A stretch of 64,000 nucleotides of DNA from Auanema rhodensis. Lineage: Eukaryota; Animalia; Nematoda. The translations under genes were made by a program, and so were the position numbers. Positions 1-15,100 of the stretch are shown piece after piece (position 1 is the stretch's first letter; the number at the start of each line of letters is the position of its first letter). Location: NCBI GenBank assembly GCA_964057225.1, contig OZ059894.1, forward strand, positions 6,572,001-6,636,000, given 5' to 3'. The notes beneath the pieces were generated by a model. That model searched no databases. It was given only the letters and a program-made list of their open reading frames with translations, and was not told the DNA's origin.

Positions 1-49
1 GTAAATGCAATGACTGATTATTAAAGGTTCAAGATATGTCGATATCATA

Positions 50-121
50 TCCGTTGTGGTCTAGTGGTTAGGATTTATGGCTCTCACCCATAAGGCCGGG
101 GTTCGATTCCCCGCAACGGAA
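50..121 (+). tRNA. trnE: tRNA-Glu(CTC), first copy, representative of all units
   Basis: 72 nt cloverleaf: acceptor TCCGTTG/CAACGGA, A box TGGTCTAGTGG, anticodon stem TATGG/CCATA with loop CT-CTC-AC (anticodon 83-85), T arm CGGGG-TTCGATT-CCCCG; no encoded CCA. Confidence 0.98.
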
Positions 122-125
122 TATG

Positions 126-148
126 TTTTACGCTTTCTTCATGTTTTT
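126..148 (+). terminator. RNA polymerase III oligo-T terminator (T4, then backup T5), present in every unit
   Basis: TTTT at 126-129, 5 nt after the discriminator, and TTTTT at 144-148. Confidence 0.75.
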
Positions 149-3100
149 AAATGCTCAAGCTACTTCTGAAGTTCCATAACTTAATCATACCTTGATTCTT
201 AGGCAACAACAATACTCCACGTTTTCAAGCGCATTTTGAATGATCCACGAATTGAATTTCATTGGTCATCATGTAAACGCAATGACTGATTAATAAAGGT
301 TCAAGTTATGTCGATATCATATCCGTTGTGGTCTAGTGGTTAGGATTTATGGCTCTCACCCATAAGGCCGGGGTTCGATTCCCCGCAACGGAATATGTTT
401 TACGCTTTCTTCAAGTTTTTAAATGCTCAAGCTACTTCTGAAGTTCCATAACTTAATCATAGATTGATTCTTAGCAACAACAATACTCCACGTTTTCAAG
501 CGCATTTTGAATGATCCACGATTTGAACTTCATTGGTCATCATGTAAACGCAATGACTGATTATTAAAGGTTCAAGTTATGTCGATATCATATCCGTTGT
601 GGTCTAGTGGTTAGGATTTATGGCTCTCACCCATAAGGCCGGGGTTCGATTCCCCGCAACGGAATACGTTTTACGCTTTCTTCAAGTTTTTAAATGCTCA
701 AGCTACTTCTAAAGTTCCATAACTTAATCATAGATTGATTCTTAGCAACAACAATACTCCACGTTTTCAAGCGCATTTTGAATGATCCACGAATTGAATT
801 TCATTGGTCATCATGTAAACGCAATGACTGATTATTAAAGGTTCAAGATATGTCGATATCATATCCGTTGTGGTCTAGTGGTTAGGATTTATGGCTCTCA
901 CCCATAAGGCCGGGGTTCGATTCCCCGCAACGGAATACGTTTTACGCTGTCTTCAAGTTTTTAAATGCTCAAGCTACTTCTGAAGTTCCATAACTTAATC
1001 ATAGATTGATTCTTAGGCAACAACAATACTCCACGTTTTCAAGCGCATTTTGAATAATCCACGAATTGAATTTCATTGGTCATCATGTAAACGCAATAAC
1101 TGATTATTAAAGGTTCAAGATATGTCGATATCATATCCGTTGTGGTCTAGTGGTTAGGATTTATGGCTCTCACCCATAAGGCCGGGGTTCGATTCCCCGC
1201 AACGGAATACGTTTTACGCTGTCTTCAAGTTTTTAAATGCTCAAGCTACTTCTGAAGTTCCATAACTTAATCATAGATTGATTCTTAGCAACAACAATAC
1301 TCCACGTTTTCAAGCGCATTTTGAATGATCCACGATTTGAACTTCATTGGTCATCATGTAAACGCAATGACTGATTATGAAAGGTTCAAGTTATGTCGAT
1401 ATCATATCCGTTGTGGTCTAGTGGTTAGGATTTATGGCTCTCACCCATAAGGCCGGGGTTCGATTCCCCGCAACGGAATACGTTTTACGCTGTCTTCAAG
1501 TTTTTAAATGCTCAAGCTACTTCTGAAGTTCCATAACTTAATCATAGATTGATTCTTAGCAACAACAATACTCCACGTTTTCAAGCGCATTTTGAATGAT
1601 CCACGATTTGAACTTCATTGGTCATCATGTAAACGCAATAACTGATTATTAAAGGTTCAAGATATGTCGATATCATATCCGTTGTGGTCTAGTGGTTAGG
1701 ATTTATGGCTCTCACCCATAAGGCCGGGGTTCGATTCCCCGCAACGGAATACGTTTTACGCTGTCTTCAAGTTTTTAAATGCTCAAGCTACTTCTGAAGT
1801 TCCATAACTTAATCATAGATTGATTCTTAGCAACAACAATACTCCACGTTTTCAAGCGCATTTTGAATGATCCACGATTTGAACTTCATTGGTCATCATG
1901 TAAACGCAATGACTGATTATGAAAGGTTCAAGTTATGTCGATATCATATCCGTTGTGGTCTAGTGGTTAGGATTTATGGCTCTCACCCATAAGGCCGGGG
2001 TTCGATTCCCCGCAACGGAATACGTTTTACGCTTTCTTCAAGTTTTTAAATGCTCAAGCTACTTCTGAAGTTCCATAACTTAATCATAGATTGATTCTTA
2101 GGCAACAACAATACTCCACGTTTTCAAGCGCATTTTGAATGATCCACGAATTGAATTTCATTGGTCATCATGTAAACGCAATGACTGATTATTAAAGGTT
2201 CAAGTTATGTCGATATCATATCCGTTGTGGTCTAGTGGTTAGGATTTATGGCTCTCACCCATAAGGCCGGGGTTCGATTCCCCGCAACGGAATACGTTTT
2301 ACGCTGTCTTCAAGTTTTTAAATGCTCAAGCTACTTCTGAAGTTCCATAACTTAATCATAGATTGATTCTTAGCAACAACAATACTCCACGTTTTCAAGC
2401 GCATTTTGAATGATCCACGAATTGAATTTCATTGGTCATCATGTAAACGCAATGACTGATTATTAAAGGTTCAAGTTATGTCGATATCATATCCGTTGTG
2501 GTCTAGTGGTTAGGATTTATGGCTCTCACCCATAAGGCCGGGGTTCGATTCCCCGCAACGGAATACGTTTTACGCTTTCTTCAAGTTTTTAAATGCTCAA
2601 GCTACTTCTGAAGTTCCATAACTTAATCATACCTTGATTCTTAGGCAACAACAATACTCCACGTTTTCAAGCGCATTTTGAATGATCCACGAATTGAATT
2701 TCATTGGTCATCATGTAAACGCAATGACTGATTATTAAAGGTTCAAGTTATGTCGATATCATATCCGTTGTGGTCTAGTGGTTAGGATTTATGGCTCTCA
2801 CCCATAAGGCCGGGGTTCGATTCCCCGCAACGGAATACGTTTTACGCTTTCTTCAAGTTTTTAAATGCTCAAGCTACTTCTGAAGTTCCATAACTTAATC
2901 ATAGATTGATTCTTAGGCAACAACAATACTCCACGTTTTCAAGCGCATTTTGAATGATCCACGAATTGAATTTCATTGGTCATCATGTAAACGCAATGAC
3001 TGATTATTAAAGGTTCAAGTTATGTCGATATCATATCCGTTGTGGTCTAGTGGTTAGGATTTATGGCTCTCACCCATAAGGCCGGGGTTCGATTCCCCGC

Positions 3101-6100
3101 AACGGAATACGTTTTACGCTGTCTTCAAGTTTTTAAATGCTCAAGCTACTTCTGAAGTTCCATAACTTAATCATAGATTGATTCTTAGCAACAACAATAC
3201 TCCACGTTTTCAAGCGCATTTTGAATGATCCACGAATTGAATTTCATTGGTCATCATGTAAACGCAATGACTGATTATTAAAGGTTCAAGTTATGTCGAT
3301 ATCATATCCGTTGTGGTCTAGTGGTTAGGATTTATGGCTCTCACCCATAAGGCCGGGGTTCGATTCCCCGCAACGGAATACGTTTTACGCTGTCTTCAAG
3401 TTTTTAAATGCTCAAGCTACTTCTGAAGTTCCATAACTTAATCATAGATTGATTCTTAGCAACAACAATACTCCACGTTTTCAAGCGCATTTTGAATGAT
3501 CCACGATTTGAACTTCATTGGTCATCATGTAAACGCAATGACTGATTATTAAAGGTTCAAGTTATGTCGATATCATATCCGTTGTGGTCTAGTGGTTAGG
3601 ATTTATGGCTCTCACCCATAAGGCCGGGGTTCGATTCCCCGCAACGGAATACGTTTTACGCTGTCTTCAAGTTTTTAAATGATCAAGCTACTTCTGAAGT
3701 TCCATAACTTAATCATACCTTGATTCTTAGGCAACAACAATACTCCACGTTTTCAAGCGCATTTTGAATGATCCACGAATTGAATTTCATTGGTCATCAT
3801 GTAAACGCAATGACTGATTATTAAAGGTTCAAGTTATGTCGATATCATATCCGTTGTGGTCTAGTGGTTAGGATTTATGGCTCTCACCCATAAGGCCGGG
3901 GTTCGATTCCCCGCAACGGAATACGTTTTACGCTTTCTTCAAGTTTTTAAATGCTCAAGCTACTTCTGAAGTTCCATAACTTAATCATAGATTGATTCTT
4001 AGCAACAACAATACTCCACGTTTTCAAGCGCATTTTGAATGATCCACGAATTGAATTTCATTGGTCATCATGTAAACGCAATGACTGATTATTAAAGGTT
4101 CAAGATATGTCGATATCATATCCGTTGTGGTCTAGTGGTTAGGATTTATGGCTCTCACCCATAAGGCCGGGGTTCGATTCCCCGCAACGGAATACGTTTT
4201 ACGCTTTCTTCAAGTTTTTAAATGCTCAAGCTACTTCTGAAGTTCCATAACTTAATCATACCTTGATTCTTAGGCAACAACAATACTCCACGTTTTCAAG
4301 CGCATTTTGAATGATCCACGAATTGAATTTCATTGGTCATCATGTAAACGCAATGACTGATTATTAAAGGTTCAAGTTATGTCGATATCATATCCGTTGT
4401 GGTCTAGTGGTTAGGATTTATGGCTCTCACCCATAAGGCCGGGGTTCGATTCCCCGCAACGGAATACGTTTTACGCTGTCTTCAAGTTTTTAAATGCTCA
4501 AGCTACTTCTGAAGTTCCATAACTTAATCATAGATTGATTCTTAGCAACAACAATACTCCACGTTTTCAAGCGCATTTTGAATGATCCACGATTTGAACT
4601 TCATTGGTCATCATGTAAACGCAATGACTGATTATTAAAGGTTCAAGTTATGTCGATATCATATCCGTTGTGGTCTAGTGGTTAGGATTTATGGCTCTCA
4701 CCCATAAGGCCGGGGTTCGATTCCCCGCAACGGAATACGTTTTACGCTGTCTTCAAGTTTTTAAATGATCAAGCTACTTCTGAAGTTCCATAACTTAATC
4801 ATACCTTGATTCTTAGGCAACAACAATACTCCACGTTTTCAAGCGCATTTTGAATGATCCACGAATTGAATTTCATTGGTCATCATGTAAACGCAATGAC
4901 TGATTATTAAAGGTTTAAGTTATGTCGATATCATATCCGTTGTGGTCTAGTGGTTAGGATTTATGGCTCTCACCCATAAGGCCGGGGTTCGATTCCCCGC
5001 AACGGAATACGTTTTACGCTTTCTTCAAGTTTTTAAATGCTCAAGCTACTTCTGAAGTTCCATAACTTAATCATAGATTGATTCTTAGCAACAACAATAC
5101 TCCACGTTTTCAAGCGCATTTTGAATGATCCACGAATTGAATTTCATTGGTCATCATGTAAACGCAATGACTGATTATTAAAGGTTCAAGATATGTCGAT
5201 ATCATATCCGTTGTGGTCTAGTGGTTAGGATTTATGGCTCTCACCCATAAGGCCGGGGTTCGATTCCCCGCAACGGAATACGTTTTACGCTTTCTTCAAG
5301 TTTTTAAATGCTCAAGCTACTTCTGAAGTTCCATAACTTAATCATACCTTGATTCTTAGGCAACAACAATACTCCACGTTTTCAAGCGCATTTTGAATGA
5401 TCCACGATTTGAACTTCATTGGTCATCATGTAAACGCAATGACTGATTATTAAAGGTTCAAGTTATGACGATATTATATCCGTTGTGGTCTAGTGGTTAG
5501 GATTTATGGCTCTCACCCATAAGGCCGGGGTTCGATTCCCCGCAACGGAATACGTTTTACGCTTTCTTCAAGTTTTTAAATGCTCAAGCTACTTCTGAAG
5601 TTCCATAACTTAATCATACCTTGATTCTTAGGCAACAACAATACTCCACGTTTTCAAGCGCATTCTGAATGATCCACGATTTGAACTTCATTGGTCATCA
5701 TGTAAACGCAATGACTGATTATTAAAGGTTCAAGTTATGACGATATTATATCCGTTGTGGTCTAGTGGTTAGGATTTATGGCTCTCACCCATAAGGCCGG
5801 GGTTCGATTCCCCGCAACGGAATACGTTTTACGCTTTCTTCAAGTTTTTAAATGCTCAAGCTACTTCTGAAGTTCCATAACTTAATCATAGATTGATTCT
5901 TAGGCAACAACAATACTCCACGTTTTCAAGCGCATTTTGAATGATCCACGAATTGAATTTCATTGGTCATCATGTAAACGCAATGACTGATTATTAAAGG
6001 TTCAAGATATGTCGATATCATATCCGTTGTGGTCTAGTGGTTAGGATTTATGGCTCTCACCCATAAGGCCGGGGTTCGATTCCCCGCAACGGAATACGTT

Positions 6101-9100
6101 TTACGCTTTCTTCAAGTTTTTAAATGCTCAAGCTACTTCTGAAGTTCCATAACTTAATCATAGATTGATTCTTAGGCAACAACAATACTCCACGTTTTCA
6201 AGCGCATTTTGAATGATCCACGAATTGAATTTCATTGGTCATCATGTAAACGCAATGACTGATTATTAAAGGTTCAAGATATGTCGATATCATATCCGTT
6301 GTGGTCTAGTGGTTAGGATTTATGGCTCTCACCCATAAGGCCGGGGTTCGATTCCCCGCAACGGAATACGTTTTACGCTTTCTTCAAGTTTTTAAATGCT
6401 CAAGCTACTTCTGAAGTTCCATAACTTAATCATAGATTGATTCTTAGGCAACAACAATACTCCACGTTTTCAAGCGCATTTTGAATGATCCACGAATTGA
6501 ATTTCATTGGTCATCATGTAAACGCAATGACTGATTATTAAAGGTTCAAGTTATGACGATATCATATCCGTTGTGGTCTAGTGGTTAGGATTTATGGCTC
6601 TCACCCATAAGGCCGGGGTTCGATTCCCCGCAACGGAATTCGTTTTACGCTTTCTTCAAGTTTTTAAATGCTCAAGCTACTTCTGAAGTTCCATAACTTA
6701 ATCATACCTTGATTCTTAGGCAACAACAATACTCCACGTTTTCAAGCGCATTTTGAATGATCCACGATTTGAACTTCATTGGTCATCATGTAAACGCAAT
6801 GACTGATTATTAAAGGTTCAAGTTATGTCGATATCATATCCGTTGTGGTCTAGTGGTTAGGATTTATGGCTCTCACCCATAAGGCCGGGGTTCGATTCCC
6901 CGCAACGGAATACGTTTTACGCTGTCTTCAAGTTTTTAAATGATCAAGCTACTTCTGAAGTTCCATAACTTAATCATACCTTGATTCTTAGGCAACAACA
7001 ATACTCCACGTTTTCAAGCGCATTTTGAATGATCCACGAATTGAATTTCATTGGTCATTATGTAAACGCAATGACTGATTATGAAAGGTTCAAGTTATGT
7101 CGATATCATATCCGTTGTGGTCTAGTGGTTAGGATTTATGGCTCTCACCCATAAGGCCGGGGTTCGATTCCCCGCAACGGAATACGTTTTACGCTGCCTT
7201 CAAGTTTTTAAATGATCAAGCTACTTTTGAAGTTCCATAACTTAATCATACCTTGATTCTTAGGCAACAACAATACTCCAAGTTTTCAAGCGCATTTTGA
7301 ATGATCCACGATTTGAACTTCATTGGTCATTATGTAAACGCAATGACTGATTATGAAAGGTTCAAGTTATGTCGATATCATATCCGTTGTGGTCTAGTGG
7401 TTAGGATTTATGGCTCTCACCCATAAGGCCGGGGTTCGATTCCCCGCAACGGAATACGTTTTACGCTGTCTTCAAGTTTTTAAATGATCAAGCTACTTTT
7501 GAAGTTCCATAACTTAATCATACCTTGATTCTTAGGCAACAACAATACTCCAAGTTTTCAAGCGCATTTTGAATGATCCACGAATTGAATTTCATTGGTC
7601 ATTATGTAAACGCAATGACTGATTATGAAAGGTTCAAGTTATGTCGATATCATATCCGTTGTGGTCTAGTGGTTAGGATTTATGGCTCTCACCCATAAGG
7701 CCGGGGTTCGATTCCCCGCAACGGAATACGTTTTACGCTGTCTTCAAGTTTTTAAATGATCAAGCTACTTTTGAAGTTCCATAACTTAATCATACCTTGA
7801 TTCTTAGGCAACAACAATACTCCAAGTTTTCAAGCGCATTTTGAATGATCCACGATTTGAACTTCATTGGTCATTATGTAAACGCAATGACTGATTATTA
7901 AAGGTTCAAGTTATGTCGATATCATATCCGTTGTGGTCTAGTGGTTAGGATTTATGGCTCTCACCCATAAGGCCGGGGTTCGATTCCCCGCAACGGAATA
8001 CGTTTTACGCTGTCTTCAAGTTTTTAAATGATCAAGCTACTTCTGAAGTTCCATAACTTAATCATACCTTGATTCTTAGGCAACAACAATACTCCACGTT
8101 TTCAAGCGCATTTTGAATGATCCACGAATTGAATTTCATTGGTCATCATGTAAACGCAATGACTGATTATTAAAGGTTCAAGTTATGTCGATATCATATC
8201 CGTTGTGGTCTAGTGGTTAGGATTTATGGCTCTCACCCATAAGGCCGGGGTTCGATTCCCCGCAACGGAATACGTTTTACGCTTTCTTCAAGTTTTTAAA
8301 TGCTCAAGCTACTTCTGAAGTTCCATAACTTAATCATACCTTGATTCTTAGGCAACAACAATACTCCACGTTTTCAAGCGCATTTTGAATGATCCACGAA
8401 TTGAATTTCATTGGTCATCATGTAAACGCAATGACTGATTATTAAAGGTTCAAGATATGTCGATATCATATCCGTTGTGGTCTAGTGGTTAGGATTTATG
8501 GCTCTCACCCATAAGGCCGGGGTTCGATTCCCCGCAACGGAATACGTTTTACGCTTTCTTCAAGTTTTTAAATGCTCAAGCTACTTCTGAAGTTCCATAA
8601 CTTAATCATACCTTGATTCTTAGGCAACAACAATACTCCACGTTTTCAAGCGCATTTTGAATGATCCACGAATTGAATTTCATTGGTCATCATGTAAACG
8701 CAATGACTGATTATTAAAGGTTCAAGTTATGTCGATATCATATCCGTTGTGGTCTAGTGGTTAGGATTTATGGCTCTCACCCATAAGGCCGGGGTTCGAT
8801 TCCCCGCAACGGAATACGTTTTACGCTGTCTTCAAGTTTTTAAATGCTCAAGCTACTTCTGAAGTTCCATAACTTAATCATAGATTGATTCTTAGGCAAC
8901 AACAATACTCCACGTTTTCAAGCGCATTTTGAATGATCCACGAATTGAATTTCATTGGTCATCATGTAAACGCAATGACTGATTATTAAAGGTTCAAGAT
9001 ATGTCGATATCATATCCGTTGTGGTCTAGTGGTTAGGATTTATGGCTCTCACCCATAAGGCCGGGGTTCGATTCCCCGCAACGGAATACGTTTTACGCTT

Positions 9101-12100
9101 TCTTCAAGTTTTTAAATGATCAAGCTACTTCTGAAGTTCCATAACTTAATCATAGATTGATTCTTAGCAACAACAATACTCCACGTTTTCAAGCGCATTT
9201 TGAATGATCCACGAATTGAATTTCATTGGTCATCATGTAAACGCAATGACTGATTATTAAAGGTTCAAGTTATGTCGATATCATATCCGTTGTGGTCTAG
9301 TGGTTAGGATTTATGGCTCTCACCCATAAGGCCGGGGTTCGATTCCCCGCAACGGAATACGTTTTACGCTGTCTTCAAGTTTTTAAATGCTCAAGCTACT
9401 TCTGAAGTTCCATAACTTAATCATAGATTGATTCTTAGGCAACAACAATACTCCACGTTTTCAAGCGCATTTTGAATGATCCACGAATTGAATTTCATTG
9501 GTCATCATGTAAACGCAATGACTGATTATTAAAGGTTCAAGTTATGACGATATCATATCCGTTGTGGTCTAGTGGTTAGGATTTATGGCTCTCACCCATA
9601 AGGCCGGGGTTCGATTCCCCGCAACGGAATACGTTTTACGCTTTCTTCAAGTTTTTAAATGCTCAAGCTACTTCTGAAGTTCCATAACTTAATCATACCT
9701 TGATTCTTAGGCAACAACAATACTCCACGTTTTCAAGCGCATTTTGAATGATCCACGAATTGAATTTCATTGGTCATCATGTAAACGCAATGACTGATTA
9801 TTAAAGGTTCAAGTTATGTCGATATCATATCCGTTGTGGTCTAGTGGTTAGGATTTATGGCTCTCACCCATAAGGCCGGGGTTCGATTCCCCGCAACGGA
9901 ATACGTTTTACGCTGTCTTCAAGTTTTTAAATGATCAAGCTACTTTTGAAGTTCCATAACTTAATCATAGATTGATTCTTAGGCAACAACAATACTCCAC
10001 GTTTTCAAGCGCATTTTGAATGATCCACGAATTGAATTTCATTGGTCATTATGTAAACGCAATGACTGATTATTAAAGGTTCAAGTTATGTCGATATCAT
10101 ATCCGTTGTGGTCTAGTGGTTAGGATTTATGGCTCTCACCCATAAGGCCGGGGTTCGATTCACCGCAACGGAATACGTTTTACGCTGTCTTCAAGTTTTT
10201 AAATGCTCAAGCTACTTCTGAAGTTCCATAACTTAATCATACCTTGATTCTTAGGCAACAACAATACTCCACGTTTTCAAGCGCATTTTGAATGATCCAC
10301 GAATTGAATTTCATTGGTCATCATGTAAACGCAATGACTGATTATTAAAGGTTCAAGTTATGTCGATATCATATCCGTTGTGGTCTAGTGGTTAGGATTT
10401 ATGGCTCTCACCCATAAGGCCGGGGTTCGATTCCCCGCAACGGAATACGTTTTACGCTGTCTTCAAGTTTTTAAATGATCAAGCTACTTTTGAAGTTCCA
10501 TAACTTAATCATAGATTGATTCTTAGGCAACAACAATACTCCACGTTTTCAAGCGCATTTTGAATGATCCACGAATTGAATTTCATTGGTCATTATGTAA
10601 ACGCAATGACTGATTATGAAAGGTTCAAGTTATGTCGATATCATATCCGTTGTGGTCTAGTGGTTAGGATTTATGGCTCTCACCCATAAGGCCGGGGTTC
10701 GATTCCCCGCAACGGAATACGTTTTACGCTGTCTTCAAGTTTTTAAATGATCAAGCTACTTCTGAAGTTCCATAACTTAATCATACCTTGATTCTTAGGC
10801 AACAACAATACTCCACGTTTTCAAGCGCATTTTGAATGATCCACGAATTGAATTTCATTGGTCATCATGTAAACGCAATGACTGATTATTAAAGGTTCAA
10901 GTTATGTCGATATCATATCCGTTGTGGTCTAGTGGTTAGGATTTATGGCTCTCACCCATAAGGCCGGGGTTCGATTCCCCGCAACGGAATACGTTTTACG
11001 CTTTCTTCAAGTTTTTAAATGCTCAAGCTACTTCTGAAGTTCCATAACTTAATCATACCTTGATCCTTAGGCAACAACAATACTCCACGTTTTCAAGCGC
11101 ATTTTGAATGATCCACGAATTGAATTTCATTGGTCATCATGTAAACGCAATGACTGATTATTAAAGGTTCAAGATATGTCGATATCATATCCGTTGTGGT
11201 CTAGTGGTTAGGATTTATGGCTCTCACCCATAAGGCCGGGGTTCGATTCCCCGCAACGGAATACGTTTTACGCTTTCTTCAAGTTTTTAAATGCTCAAGC
11301 TACTTCTGAAGTTCCATAACTTAATCATACCTTGATTCTTAGGCAACAACAATACTCCACGTTTTCAAGCGCATTTTGAATGATCCACGAATTGAATTTC
11401 ATTGGTCATTATGTAAACGCAATGACTGATTATGAAAGGTTCAAGATATGTCGATATCATATCCGTTGTGGTCTAGTGGTTAGGATTTATGGCTCTCACC
11501 CATAAGGCCGGGGTTCGATTCCCCGCAACGGAATACGTTTTACGCTTTCTTCAAGTTTTTAAATGCTCAAGCTACTTCTGAAGTTCCATAACTTAATCAT
11601 ACCTTGATTCTTAGGCAACAACAATACTCCACGTTTTCAAGCGCATTTTGAATGATCCACGAATTGAATTTCATTGGTCATTATGTAAACGCAATGACTG
11701 ATTATGAAAGGTTCAAGTTATGTCGATATCATAACCGTTGTGGTCTAGTGGTTAGGATTTATGGCTCTCACCCATAAGGCCGGGGTTCGATTCCCCGCAA
11801 CGGAATACGTTTTACGCTTTCTTCAAGTTTTTAAATGCTCAAGCTACTTCTGAAGTTCCATAACTTAATCATACCTTGATTCTTAGGCAACAACAATACT
11901 CCACGTTTTCAAGCGCATTTTGAATGATCCACGAATTGAATTTCATTGGTCATCATGTAAACGCAATGACTGATTATTAAAGGTTCAAGATATGTCGATA
12001 TCATATCCGTTGTGGTCTAGTGGTTAGGATTTATGGCTCTCACCCATAAGGCCGGGGTTCGATTCCCCGCAACGGAATACGTTTTACGCTTTCTTCAAGT

Positions 12101-15100
12101 TTTTAAATGCTCAAGCTACTTCTGAAGTTCCATAACTTAATCATACCTTGATTCTTAGCAACAACAATACTCCACGTTTTCGAGCGCATTTTGAATGATC
12201 CACGAAGTGAATTTCATTGGTCATCATGTAAACGCAATGACTGATTATTAAAGGTTCAAGATATGTCGATATCATATCCGTTGTGGTCTAGTGGTTAGGA
12301 TTTATGGCTCTCACCCATAAGGCCGGGGTTCGATTCCCCGCAACGGAATACGTTTTACGCTTTCTTCAAGTTTTTAAATGCTCAAGCTACTTCTGAAGTT
12401 CCATAACTTAATCATACCTTGATTCTTAGGCAACAACAATACTCCACGTTTTCAAGCGCATTTTGAATGATCCACGATTTGAACTTCATTGGTCATCATG
12501 TAAACGCAATGACTGATTATTAAAGGTTCAAGTTATGTCGATATCATATCCGTTGTGGTCTAGTGGTTAGGATTTATGGCTCTCACCCATAAGGCCGGGG
12601 TTCGATTCCCCGCAACGGAATACGTTTTACGCTGTCTTCAAGTTTTTAAATGATCAAGCTACTTCTGAAGTTCCATAACTTAATCATACCTTGATTCTTA
12701 GGCAACAACAATACTCCACGTTTTCAAGCGCATTTTGAATGATCCACGAATTGAATTTCATTGGTCATTATGTAAACGCAATGACTGATTATGAAAGGTT
12801 CAAGTTATGTCGATATCATATCCGTTGTGGTCTAGTGGTTAGGATTTATGGCTCTCACCCATAAGGCCGGGGTTCGATTCCCCGCAACGGAATACGTTTT
12901 ACGCTGTCTTCAAGTTTTTAAATGATCAAGCTACTTCTGAAGTTCCATAACTTAATCATACCTTGATTCTTAGGCAACAACAATACTCCACGTTTTCAAG
13001 CGCATTTTGAATGATCCACGAATTGAATTTCATTGGTCATTATGTAAACGCAATGACTGATTATGAAAGGTTCAAGTTATGTCGATATCATATCCGTTGT
13101 GGTCTAGTGGTTAGGATTTATGGCTCTCACCCATAAGGCCGGGGTTCGATTCCCCGCAACGGAATACGTTTTACGCTGTCTTCAAGTTTTTAAATGATCA
13201 AGCTACTTCTGAAGTTCCATAACTTAATCATACCTTGATTCTTAGGCAACAACAATACTCCACGTTTTCAAGCGCATTTTGAATGATCCACGAATTGAAT
13301 TTCATTGGTCATTATGTAAACGCAATGACTGATTATGAAAGGTTCAAGTTATGTCGATATCATATCCGTTGTGGTCTAGTGGTTAGGATTTATGGCTCTC
13401 ACCCATAAGGCCGGGGTTCGATTCCCCGCAACGGAATACGTTTTACGCTGTCTTCAAGTTTTTAAATGATCAAGCTACTTCTGAAGTTCCATAACTTAAT
13501 CATACCTTGATTCTTAGGCAACAACAATACTCCACGTTTTCAAGCGCATTTTGAATGATCCACGATTTGAACTTCATTGGTCATCATGTAAACGCAATGA
13601 CTGATTATTAAAGGTTCAAGTTATGTCGATATCATATCCGTTGTGGTCTAGTGGTTAGGATTTATGGCTCTCACCCATAAGGCCGGGGTTCGATTCCCCG
13701 CAACGGAATACGTTTTACGCTGTCTTCAAGTTTTTAAATGATCAAGCTACTTCTGAAGTTCCATAACTTAATCATACCTTGATTCTTAGGCAACAACAAT
13801 ACTCCACGTTTTCAAGCGCATTTTGAATGATCCACGAATTGAATTTCATTGGTCATTATGTAAACGCAATGACTGATTATGAAAGGTTCAAGTTATGTCG
13901 ATATCATATCCGTTGTGGTCTAGTGGTTAGGATTTATGGCTCTCACCCATAAGGCCGGGGTTCGATTCCCCGCAACGGAATACGTTTTACGCTTTCTTCA
14001 AGTTTTTAAATGATCAAGCTACTTTTGAAGTTCCATAACTTAATCATACCTTGATTCTTAGGCAACAACAATACTCCACGTTTTCAAGCGCATTTTGAAT
14101 GATCCACGAATTGAATTTCATTGGTCATTATGTAAACGCAATGACTGATTATGAAAGGTTCAAGTTATGTCGATATCATATCCGTTGTGGTCTAGTGGTT
14201 AGGATTTATGGCTCTCACCCATAAGGCCGGGGTTCGATTCCCCGCAACGGAATACGTTTTACGCTTTCTTCAAGTTTTTAAATGCTCAAGCTACTTCTGA
14301 AGTTCCATAACTTAATCATACCTTGATTCTTAGGCAACAACAATACTCCACGTTTTCAAGCGCATTTTGAATGATCCACGAATTGAATTTCATTGGTCAT
14401 CATGTAAACGCAATGACTGATTATTAAAGGTTCAAGATATGTCGATATCATATCCGTTGTGGTCTAGTGGTTAGGATTTATGGCTCTCACCCATAAGGCC
14501 GGGGTTCGATTCCCCGCAACGGAATACGTTTTACGCTTTCTTCAAGTTTTTAAATGCTCAAGCTACTTCTGAAGTTCCATAACTTAATCATACCTTGATT
14601 CTTAGGCAACAACAATACTCCACGTTTTCAAGCGCATTTTGAATGATCCACGAATTGAATTTCATTGGTCATCATGTAAACGCAATGACTGATTATGAAA
14701 GGTTCAAGTTATGTCGATATCATATCCGTTGTGGTCTAGTGGTTAGGATTTATGGCTCTCACCCATAAGGCCGGGGTTCGATTCCCCGCAACGGAATACG
14801 TTTTACGCTGCCTTCAAGTTTTTAAATGATCAAGCTACTTTTGAAGTTCCATAACTTAATCATACCTTGATTCTTAGGCAACAACAATACTCCAAGTTTT
14901 CAAGCGCATTTTGAATGATCCACGAATTGAATTTCATTGGTCATTATGTAAACGCAATGACTGATTATGAAAGGTTCAAGTTATGTCGATATCATATCCG
15001 TTGTGGTCTAGTGGTTAGGATTTATGGCTCTCACCCATAAGGCCGGGGTTCGATTCCCCGCAACGGAATACGTTTTACGCTTTCTTCAAGTTTTTAAATG